Below, piece by piece: positions 22,531 through 32,836 of a DNA stretch of 32,836 nt. The position numbers and the translations under genes are program-made. Each line of letters begins with the position of its first letter. Position 1 is the first letter of the stretch. Source of the DNA: Octopus bimaculoides (taxonomy: Eukaryota); contig NC_068989.1 of the NCBI RefSeq assembly GCF_001194135.2, forward strand, positions 58,848,659 to 58,881,494, written 5' to 3'. The notes beneath the pieces are model-generated. The model worked only from the letters and a program-made list of their open reading frames with translations, searched no databases and was not told where the DNA came from.

Positions 22531-23537
22531 TATATATTCGGCCATCAAGTTCATTTCACATTAATATGACTGTTCTTTCCCATTAACTTAATTCAGAAAG
22601 AAAATAATGTTTCCGTTCTTACCAGATTAGTTTAAATTGTTGCTATTAAAATTCTATAAACATGTGTGTTGTCAAAATGTTTAAGGATCTGTCATATTGA
22701 CACCAGCTGATTTCATCGAATCTTGCCTTGCAGATCATAGAACTCTTGGGATTTGTCGCTTCGTTGAACATTTCTAAAGTTTTCTTTTGATAGAAATCTA
22801 AATCTTCATAATGTGTAGACAATTTGGTTCATTATAAAATCCTTAAGTTTTATAATCACAAAGCAGTCTTTTCTAGCTAGAATCTACCGATGTGTTCTGT
22901 AACATTAATTCTATTCCAATTCCCAGGCGTATTTTTATTTATCTGTTTGTTCAGCCTTATAGTTTCATTACAGTTTAATTCGGTCTTTCATTCTTTTCAA
23001 GAATTCAATAATGTTTCCCTAGTAACTATTTAATGGTTTTTAAAATAGATTCTCTATTCTTCTCAGTTACTTATATTGCATGCAATTCTATGAGTTCTTT
23101 TGGTCAAATTTCAGACAAAGTACTATATAAATATTTTGAAATATAACTACATATATAAGCATTTCTTTATATACCTGCATATCTTTTTTCCCAAGCGCAG
23201 AAATCGTAGCGATTCTAAAATAGAAGTTGGCAGATGAAATGGTTTTGTCCATGTCTTTATTTTATTCATTCTGTTTATTGCCGTATACGTCCTTCACCAT
23301 TATTTTGAATACAAGCATTGATATATGCATTACACGAGTAACAATGCACCAATGTATTTATTCTCTTCTAAATTCTAACTCAGTAAGTGATTAAAGTTAT
23401 GAAATAATTAAATAGAAGCAATACATCTTAACTACTTAATCGTAATAATAACGGATGTTCAGGATTACGATAAGTTACGCGCACAGACAGACACACTCAT
23501 ATAGAAACACATATACCACATATATACACATATATTT

Positions 23538-23544
<7 letters not shown>

Positions 23545-23610
<66 letters not shown>

Positions 23611-23974
23611 NNNNNNNNNNNNNNNNNNNNNNNNNNNNNNNNNNNNNNNNNNNNNNNNNNNNNNNNNNNNNNNNNNNNNNNNNNNNNNNNNNNNNNNNNN
23701 NNNNNNNNNNNNNNNNNNNNNNNNNNNNNNNNNNNNNNNNNNNNNNNNNNNNNNNNNNNNNNNNNNNNNNNNNNNNNNNNNNNNNNNNNNNNNNNNNNNN
23801 NNNNNNNNNNNNNNNNNNNNNNNNNNNNNNNNNNNNNNNNNNNNNNNNNNNNNNNNNNNNNNNNNNNNNNNNNNNNNNNNNNNNNNNNNNNNNNNNNNNN
23901 NNNNNNNNNNNNNNNNNNNNNNNNNNNNNNNNNNNNNNNNNNNNNNNNNNNNNNNNNNNNNNNNNNNNNNNNNN

Positions 23975-24030
<56 letters not shown>
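23545..24030. repeat. (TA)n(TG)n - N gap 23611-23974 - (AG)n
   Basis: Direct reading. Confidence 0.9.
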
Positions 24031-24034
<4 letters not shown>

Positions 24035-25709
24035 GTACAGTCCTTTGAACGTCTGTGCAGGAATAGAAAGATGGTCCCTTTCTACACACATCTATTGGTA
24101 GTTGTTAAACAAAGTTCTAAGCATTATTTTATCGATCTCGATTATAGACACCTGCAACAAAAAGAGAAAGCACTTTCGTTGTGGTTGTTGATGTATTTCG
24201 CGGTTTGATACGGTGACTCAATTTAGAAGACCTGATATTCTCCGAAGTTCTATCGAATTTTCATTTGTTGTAACCTTATATACATGTGTGTGTATGTGTA
24301 TGCGGGCATTACGAAAATACCTCACTGAATGACGATCGTTCCCTGTTTATTTACGGGCTGTCCTTTGGCAACGCACAGCGCCCGTTCAGCCACCCTGCCA
24401 GGGAAACGCGATCTCATGGGGCTGCAGCATGGCGGATTGGAAAGAGGTAGCGGAAGAGCTCAATGAAAGAGTTTCCATTGATGCTGAGCGGTGGAATTTA
24501 AAGATCAACGGAACGGTCAAGACCACCAAGCTTTATCAAGAGAGTAACTGCAACGCATCCTAAAGGGACGGCATCCATAGTTGCATTATGACTCAAGCTC
24601 CCAATTTAAATTCATAATAATGGAATTCGATGATGACAGTGAGTCATGAGAATCAGCGAAAGCAGCGAAAAGGAAAAAAAATATGGAATTGATAGGGATA
24701 ACAGATCCAAGCAGGTACCGTTCAAGCAATTTGATATAATCCAATACTGGCTAACTGCACTGAATGATATGGAATAACCTGGGACTATTTAAGATAAACA
24801 ATTCCAATGCGTTTCACCCGAAAGGTAAATCCTAAGTTCGCTTCGTTGGATTATAAACACCTTGCTAAGTGTATATGCAAGACGATTCAAATAAGGAGAA
24901 TTATACATCTGCACAGTTTTAATTACAGTCATTTATACAGTATATTCTCTTTAAACATCTGTCCGACATATGTTTTTGCTGCATGGTTTTTATTTGTACC
25001 CTGTTGGTTCACCTGCATCCAGATTTCATCCTCTTTAAAAACGTATTCATATAGCTTTATTCAAGGTGTTGCCACTATTAAAGATTGAAGCGAACTGGAG
25101 TATATTGGTTTAGACAGCCTTATATTTTTGGTAGGGGAGAATGTTGAGTGTAAAGAATAAGAGAGGAAGAAGTGAGCAATCTGATATAGCTATAAAGTCT
25201 GTTATCAGATCGACTCTCGGATGACCCTAAGGTTTACATGTAGAATCCGGAAAGCCAAGCATTAAACTAGGTCACAATATATTTCATCCAAAAGCCTTAA
25301 GCTAAATAGATAGAAACAGTTTCTGTGAGAGATGTATACAGTAAAGATCACTAAATGAAATAGAATTTTAAAAGTATGATACGCAGAAATTACTTGTATG
25401 GCCAAGGTTTTGTTCGCAAAATGGTACATAACTTCCATCTACAGTGAAATTAGAATTTTTAACTATGCAATGAACCTTAGATCTATATGTAGAAAACATC
25501 TTCCACGATATATAAAATATATAATAGAGTGAGCAACAGGATAGAAATAAGAATTACATAACAGGATATCTATACAGTAGAAACATATGTCGGAAGAGGT
25601 TTAAAGAGAATATACTGTAAAAATGATTGTAATAATAAAAAGTGTGTAGAGGTATAAATAATCCTCCATATTCATTTGAATTGTTATATATATATATATA
25701 CATTACGTC

Positions 25710-26420
25710 GGCGTTAACATGTATCCGAGTAGTAGATCGGTAGCCAGTGATTGCGCTACTTCATCTTGATGGATGTAAAGCGTGTTGCTGCTCGGAGTAC
25801 CATGATTTTCGTTTGGATGGTAAGGTTGTGGTTTAGGAAAACTCGTTTTCAGAGTCTTCCGAAAGCAATACGGGCTGCGCTGTTTCTATTCTCGATGTCT
25901 TTCTGAATGGTGGAATTGCTGGACAGATAGCGTCTGTGATATAAAAATGCCTCCACATTTTCCAGAACAATGTTACATAGCCTTATGTCACTGGTGTTAG
26001 GGGGAGGTTGGCTGAGAGAGAGCTCCTTATGAAAGGATTTTCATCTTCATTCCGCTTGTGACCAAACCAATTCGGGTATACAAATTTCCGAAAAGATTCA
26101 CAGCTTCCTGTAGATTGGAAACCGAGTGCGCGGGAGTGGCATTGACATCAACGTACTGCAGCTCCTGCATCATGGCCAAAGTAGTAAGATGACGGACTCT
26201 GAAGTGGTCGGTGTTGAAAAATCCTCCGTCCATTCTGTAGCTGATTAGGGATCTCGTGGATCGTGGCACCGAGGTAGAGGAATAACAGAGTGGGAGCAAG
26301 GATGCATCCTTGCTTTAGGCTAGTTGCAATTGAGAAGGAATCGGAGAGAACGTTCTTGGTAATGAACCGGCCAGACATTTTCTAGTGTAGGACCTGGATG
26401 AGGTTCGTAAATCTATTAGT
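25710..26420 (-). mobile_element. RTE-clade LINE reverse transcriptase fragment (pseudogenised)
   Basis: SDSFSIATSLKQGCILAPTLLFLYL (GxKQGCxLAPxLF motif), QELQYVDVNA (degenerate YADD), then ..IENR..AARIAFGRL; frameshifts and stops. Confidence 0.85.
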
Positions 26421-26441
26421 GTATACATACATACATACATA

Positions 26442-27718
26442 TTGGGTCATCCCATAAATAATGCAGTTTTTTCAATTGCATAACAAAACGTCAGATGGGG
26501 ACGGGATAAACTATCTGCATCAATTTGCTATAAAATCAAGTATTAATTTTACCTTGTCCTTATTCTTTGTGCAAGTTTTGAAGAGTGCAATTCGATTTTA
26601 ACAGTTATTTTTCAAAGCTATAAAGGAAGTGACAAAGGAACATATTCGGCATATATTCCTTTATGAGTTCAATAAAAGCAACAACGCAACGGAAAGTGCG
26701 ATGAATATTAATGCAGTATATTGGGCTCGGACAATAAGCATAATCCAGAGACAACGGTGATTCCAGAAATTCGGAGACGGAAACTACAGCCTAGAAGACG
26801 AGCCTCGTCCTGGAAGATCTGTAGAGCTCGACGAAGACGCAAACCCTGGTAGGACAAAATCCTATCGTAACTGTGGAAGAACTAGCAGAGAAGCTTGGAT
26901 TTGGTCATTCAACCATTCATCGACACCTGCGTGTCATCGGAAAAATCAGCAAATTGGGTCAATGGGTTCCTCAAAAACTTTCCGAGTCCATTCGCGCGCA
27001 GAGAGTGAATGTGTGTTCTTCTTTGCTGTCACGTCTCAAAAATGAACCATTTTTGGAACGAATTGTGACTGGTGACGAGAAATGAGTTATCTATAAAAAT
27101 GTCAAGCGCCGAAGACCACTGTCTTCGGCGCTTGACATTTTTATGGAAATGGTAAGAAAAGGAGAAACGCCCCAGGCTAAAGAAGATCTTCATCCACGTA
27201 AGGTGTTGTTATCTGTTTGGTGGGATATGAAAGGTTTAGTCTCCACTTTGAACCTTTAAACCCAAACCAAACAATAACAAAGAGATCTACTGCGAACAAC
27301 TTGAGCGGCTTAAGTCAACGCTAGTAGAAAAACGAAAGGTGTTCTATCAGGATAATGGTCGGTCATATACAGCGAGGATGACATTCTAAAGGCTGCAGCA
27401 GTTTCAATGGGAAACGTTGTCCCACCCACCATATTCGCCGGACATTGCCCCATCTGATCATCATTTATTCCGCAGTCTTCAAAATCATTTGGACGGAAAA
27501 AGTATAAATTTTTCTAGACTTGGTCAGGACAGTACTGGAGGAGTATCTTTTGTCACGGACAATTTAATTTTGGAAGAGGGGCCTTGCAAGTCTACCAGAT
27601 AGATGGAAGAGCATTGTAGAGAATGAAGGAGAATATATTTTAGAGTAAAAATGAACTTTGTCTATCTTAATTTTGAAAAATAAAAGTATTAAAAAAACCG
27701 CATTATTTATGGGATGAC

Positions 27719-27722
<4 letters not shown>
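26442..27722 (+). mobile_element. Full-length mariner (Tc1/mariner, DD34D) DNA transposon, 1281 bp, inactive
   Basis: About 31-bp TIRs ttgggtcatcccataaataatgc(a/g)gtttttt with one mismatch; TA on both sides (26440-41, 27723-24). Confidence 0.95.
26623..27648 (+). pseudogene. Mariner transposase pseudogene
   Basis: EHIRHIFLYEF.., EDEPRPGR, WVPQKL, IVTGDEK*, HPPYSPDIAPSDHHLFRSLQNHL; start codon apparently mutated to AAG, internal stops and frameshifts. Confidence 0.9.
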
Positions 27723-27752
<30 letters not shown>

Positions 27753-27779
27753 NNNNNNNNNNNNNNNNNNNNNNNNNNN

Positions 27780-27835
<56 letters not shown>

Positions 27836-27944
27836 AGTGAGAGAGATCAGGCAAGCAGGGGATGATGAGACTCAGGCTTTAACTGTGACAGAGATATAAA
27901 CAATGATAGGGAAAATTTCGAGCTCGAGCCAGTGACGATGCCAT

Positions 27945-28120
27945 TATGTGGTCGCTCAACTTGCTAGATATGGCTGCAAAGTTTCCATACTGTCTTGGTA
28001 AAAGCCTACATTGGATAATGTAGCCCCAGACATAGATTGGATGGACATGGTTGAAGTACCTTAGACACTAGGTCTGGTCAATTTTAGTCAATGTGAAGAC
28101 CAACATCATCAATAACAACG
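27945..28120 (+). mobile_element. Decayed SINE/LINE-tail-like repeat ending in an (AAC)-like tail
   Basis: gtggtcgctcaacttgctag..acattggataatgtag.. resembles a repeat family recalled from octopus genomes; ends caataacaac. Confidence 0.35.
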
Positions 28121-29832
28121 TAAGTTATAGAGTTATCAAAAAACAATCACATAGACAGACACGAAGGCAGACACACAAAGACGAACATAAACACAGAAAC
28201 ATTTGATTTCAATGTCGAATCCTTTAATTCCTCAGACCAATGGTCTGTTCTAAAACAGACATTTGTTTATCTCTAATAGTATGGCGTTTATAAGTTTTGA
28301 AATTCCAAGTACTCTTTGTTTACAGCCAAACTCCACAGAGAATATCTATACGCTTGGTCTTTACAAAGACTGGGAGACGCCGTACTGAATGACTTCCTAT
28401 TAAATTAGTTGAATATGAGACATTTTATTGCCACGAATGACTGGTTTACCCATCATTGCACCCAGGATACCTCTTCTCTATGTCGACTTGTGTTCACACC
28501 TTTCGTGTCATTTTTAGTGTTTTATGTGTGTGGATGTTTGTATGTGTGTGTTTGTATGTGTGTGAAAAAGATACAGTGACACGAGGTTTCAACTGTGTCA
28601 CTAAGTACTTCTTGAGTCGTAAACCTACCTGTTACTCTGTACGATATGTATTTTACTGTCTAGCCTACTTTAATAGAATTACTATTTGAATCCGCCATGA
28701 ACGACACAGTCGTGCATGAATCCTGCAAGAAAATGAACTACAAAGTACATCAAACAGCGGACTGTGCATAATCGTTGTATATACACAAGCCACACACACA
28801 CCACTTATACAAAGAAGTAAAAATGCTTAAGCTGAAAAACTACCTAGACATGCAAAGACAAGCTTAAAACCCTACAGTTTCTGCCACTACATAAAAAAAC
28901 ATACCTACAAACATCTAGCTGCGTATATTGCACTCTAGAATATCTTACCAAAATAGCGCCCTATAACAAATGCCACTCCAGACAAACATGAAAGAAAATA
29001 CAGAAACTGGAGCGGTATCAATTACCTCATTGGTCTCAAACACTGAACTGGGATAGATTAAGAAGTACAGAGGAAGAGAAACTTTCTTGTGAGACCACCA
29101 CACAAGGATCTACGGGAATTCAGAAATAGACTGAACAAGTAAGAGACTGTAAAATATCAAGACTACCATACTGCACCTCATACTTTTCATCAAAGAGTGG
29201 TGTGACATGGCCCTCAGCTAGGCAGAGATATGGTACAAGTGGAAAAAGTGAAATGTGGATCAAATTCTGCAGTATCACTGTCAATCTCAATGCTTTAGGA
29301 TTTCTGGATCAGAGCTGATACTCTGTACTGTATGAACCTAGACTGTTGGTAAGGCAACGATGATCCTACCTCGAAGGAAAGAATAATACAGTAAATGGCT
29401 CATCTAACTGGTACCTAATTATTTTTCTAACTGCAATATATAAATTGCTTTCAAAAATATTATCCAAGAATATCATTATATGTTTACACAAAAACCAATA
29501 ACAAAAAAAAAAACAGCCTAACTGCTGGCATGTATCTATGTAATGCATTATTTTGTGTGCATCTATTTTCACATCAGTGGATGGACAAGCTTATGCAGAG
29601 CTCTTCTACATAAGCCTGGTCACCTAATTTCAACCCCTCTATAATGAATTCTCTCGTTTACTTGTGAACCTTCGTCTGTCTTAGAAAATAAAAATAGATA
29701 CACACAAAATGAGAACAGCAAGATATCTCTTATTGATCGAATTCAATATACACATTGGTAAGGTAACAACATTGGTTGCTCAACATCAGAGCTGGATGTA
29801 GTAGAATATTTTTACGAATTACCAGAACAGTA

Positions 29833-30379
29833 TACTAAATCTACCAGTTCTGCGTACCCTCCACTTTAGTGTTTGACAGTGAATTATGGACACCATACTC
29901 ACACAAGGACTGCCGACAGAAGGCTTTATATTTGCACAACTTGAGATGCATTCTGGGTATCAAATAACAGTACTGACCTTAAAGAACGGAAATCCCCACT
30001 CTACTTGCTATTCTTACACAAAATGACATTGTACTGCTTGTTCAGTTCGCTCGAATGGATGGTAGCCGAATTGAAGATGTCCGATATCAACTTAGCAAGC
30101 TGGAAAATCTTGACAGTAGACGCAGCAAATATAGATATATGATAGATATGTTAAGGAGCGATAAGAAGATACTTGAACAGTAGGAGGAAAATAATCGCAG
30201 ACGTCAAAAACTGACACAGAAACCACCACAGCCATTCACGACTTTAACCAGCAAAAGCTGTCACAAAGCATGTCACTGTAGGATTAACTTATACTGTCAC
30301 ATCGAGTGTTGCAGCTCAAAATTCTGACAGAGTTGTGACTCAGATCTCCATCGCCTCTCGAGACGGATGTCAACAAAAC
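29833..30379 (+). mobile_element. RTE-clade LINE 3' end (decayed)
   Basis: Frameshifted remnants of TKxxxYxxxVLPTLxxxSExW, LRCILGIK and a C-terminal C2H2-like CHKACHCRINLYCHIECC, then the RTE-type end ccatcgcctctcgagac..caacaa. Confidence 0.7.
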
Positions 30380-30756
30380 TTGGAGTCCTTAAATAATGAA
30401 GCGAAAAATAAGTAAAATAGATTTTTAAACGGATTAAATTTTATCCCATCAAGGATTTACGGAATTATGTTTTCTAATGTTAGCTCATTTTCTTTATACT
30501 TTATTTTATTTATAAACTTCAACAGAACCGTTACTAAAGCATTACTACGTATCCTTACTTTAATAACAACTAATATATAAAATGCGACTTGTTATTCAAC
30601 AGATATATAAGGAATATAGGCCAAAGTCTGTTTACCAATGAGATAGCCAAGTTTTTACGTTAAGTAAAATATTTTCGCCGTTTAGTTCTTAAGAGCATGG
30701 TGTTTGATATTCGTTAGGAGAGTTAAGAGATTTATATACATGCCTTTTCTTTCCCC

Positions 30757-30960
30757 TTTTTACTTGTTCGGTCATTCAGGAATTGGTTTGCAGTCATGCT
30801 GGGGCCCAGCCTTGAAGAACTTTTAGTCGAATGAATTGACACCACTACTTACTTTTTAGCCCTGATATTTGTTCTGTCGGTCTCTTTTGCCGTACCACGA
30901 AGTTACGGAGATGTAAACAAACACAACAATCAAGTGGGGGACAAACATAAAGACAAACAC
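30757..30960 (-). mobile_element. SINE 3' half (family of 18379-18720), followed by an AC-rich microsatellite
   Basis: Reverse complement matches 18555-18720 (..aagagaccga.agaa.aa.ta.cagg.., cagcatgactgca). Confidence 0.7.
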
Positions 30961-31871
30961 ACAAACACACACACACACACACACACACATACACACACAC
31001 AGATACACACACACGTAGATACACACACACACACATAGATACACACACGCACACATGTACATATACTCAGATATTTACATACATATATCAATACGTAATA
31101 AGTACATACATCTATGTATGTATTTAATTACTAAAGCACCAGTTTCTAGGACTGTCCACATGAGTTTCTCTCTTTAGTTACTCGGGTCTATGACCAACAT
31201 ACGACCTCTCCAACAATCTTGAAGTTCATTTCATATATTTTAACCAAGTCTGTGCGTATCCACTAATGTTCATCTCCCAACATCCATCTGCAGAACACAG
31301 CCCCTCAAAATCACTAATTAAGTTAAACGGTCACATCTCAATATTGGTAGCAAAATGGATTCCGTTTTGACTCACTCGATCTGTTAAGGGAGTGCTCGGA
31401 AACATTCCCCAGCCCACAAAACTAAAATTCTCACATGGATCATTCGTAACTACATACAGAGGACAATGATTATACCCCCTGGAAGAACTCTCCCGATCTT
31501 CCAACCTTTTAAGTTGATGGAAACAGTCGTAACTAACGATTTCTCTCATCATTTTGAAACAATTCCTCGAATTACTCGGAGATTTATACTCGAAAATCAC
31601 ATAAGTTTCTTACCCTTGAGAAATATGTCAAAAGAAATGATTTCATCCCTTGAATATCAATAAAGCTTAACCCCGTATCTTACATGAGAAACATCTTTGC
31701 GAAATAACAAATGCGCTGTTTTGCTTTATTGCATCCACTGCTACTACAAATACAACTACTTCCCCAGAACTGCTGCTATTTGTAAATATTATACCCCAAT
31801 CTTATGAACTCTGCAAGTCATGGTCCCTTTCTCCTTTCACTGCCTCCAAAATACACATACAAACACGCGCA

Positions 31872-31932
31872 CATACATACATACATACATACATACATAC
31901 ATACATACATACATACATACATACATACATAC
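31872..31932. repeat. (CATA)n microsatellite
   Basis: Direct reading. Confidence 0.95.
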
Positions 31933-32455
31933 TAAAACTGGAGATCAGTGAAAAAGAGAAAACCAATGCTGAACTATTGAGAAATCTGCAGTTACTCTAT
32001 CCAGATTACAAGTTCAGGTTTATACTTGTAATTATTGGGGCCCTGGGATGTGTAACACACTACCTAAATACCAATCTTGAGAAACTGGTTTTCTCAGGAC
32101 CAGAAAGGAGAAAGTTAATTCGAAGACTACAGATCCACTCCATCACTGGAACTGTAAAAATCTGTAAAACTTTCCAGAAGTTTATCCTTTAAATATATAT
32201 AGGCATGTCTAGATATGCAACTATTTGCATGAGAATACATACTTAAAGCATACAAATCTGTACATACGTACATACAAACGTATATACATACATACATACA
32301 TACATACATACAACAAACAAACAAACAAACAAACAAACAAAAATACTCTGTAGTTGATGTTGAAATTCATATGAAGGAGCCTTGGATCTAGGTTAGAAAC
32401 CGGTTCTTTCTCTATTGACAAGAAATCTTGAAATAAACTGGGTAATGACAGACAT
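31932..32455 (+). mobile_element. 5'-truncated R4/Dong-like (RLE-type) non-LTR element: ORF C-terminus and 3' UTR
   Basis: AELLRNLQLLYPDYKFRFILVIIGALGCVTHYLNTNLEKL..LQIHSITGTVKICKTFQKFIL* (stop 32190-32192) matches the post-endonuclease xPVxIGALG..L..L..LQ..T..I motif of R4/Dong-type elements. Confidence 0.75.
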
Positions 32456-32779
32456 ACATATGATATTTTTTAATATAACGGAATGTATATTTTTATGAGC
32501 TACTATTAGGTTCGTGCGATGAAAACAGCTCTGACAGTATTTTTTTAACGCGTCTGGTTTCCTCACGTAATTCTAAGGTTGTGCTCACATGGCATAAGAA
32601 GCTAAAATCAGGACGATAGGATGAGAGAAAAAACAAGAAAAGGTGAGAAGGATGTAGTTGTAAAAAGTGGAAGGTTGAAAACCCGGAAAACGAGAAAAAA
32701 GAAAACAGAAAAAAAGAAAAAAATGAAAGAAAACGGTAAGAAAGCAAGGAGAGATTTAGAGTTATACACAATACGTTAT

Positions 32780-32794
32780 TCATACATACATACA

Positions 32795-32827
<33 letters not shown>

Positions 32828-32836
32828 GTATATATA
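32780..32836. repeat. (CATA)n microsatellite
   Basis: Direct reading. Confidence 0.9.

Noticed and set aside
24429-24563. 44-aa ORF MADWKEVAEELNERVSIDAERWNLKINGTVKTTKL..
   Set aside because: Ambiguous: resembles either a MADF-like WxEVAEEL helix or the post-YADD LxINxxKT region of a LINE RT; the second is more parsimonious, and it is too short to call.
28690-29330. Possibly decayed LINE endonuclease-region sequence
   Set aside because: Only faint motif resemblance; cannot be supported without a search.
31150-31663. Coding-like stretch with 65-aa and 89-aa ORFs
   Set aside because: No recognisable domain; probably an old TE remnant.
32360-32412. Hammerhead-like layout in the R4/Dong-like 3' UTR (..ATGA, stem AGCCT/AGGTT, AGAAAC, palindrome AACCGGTT)
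   Set aside because: Core reads CATATGA here and CCAATGA at about 18100, not CUGANGA, and stem I does not close adjacent to the core.

Overview
AT-rich, microsatellite-dense animal genomic DNA from a gapped scaffold (five N-runs), with no recognisable multi-exon host gene. The SINE, LINE and microsatellite content resembles octopus (cephalopod) genomes; this is inferred from recalled repeat families, not from a search. The window is mostly decayed mobile DNA: a full-length mariner pseudo-element with TIRs and a TA duplication (26442-27722), three Penelope-like fragments (two GIY-YIG-bearing pieces and a pseudo-LTR piece), an L1/Tx1-type ORF1-only element, several RTE LINE fragments, an R4/Dong-like 3' fragment and many tRNA-derived SINEs. 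Nearly all long ORFs in the supplied track are artefacts of microsatellites or N-gaps. The best unexplained signal is a non-coding, structured 456-nt unit with a 45-nt terminal direct repeat and an intact type I hammerhead ribozyme core (21775-22275), resembling a reverse-transcribed circular ribozyme RNA (retrozyme-like). Two other hammerhead-like motifs, a 317-nt unit with a tRNA-like Pol III cassette and terminal redundancy, and an apparently permuted ORF1-only LINE derivative also deserve follow-up. All coordinates and alignments were read by eye.
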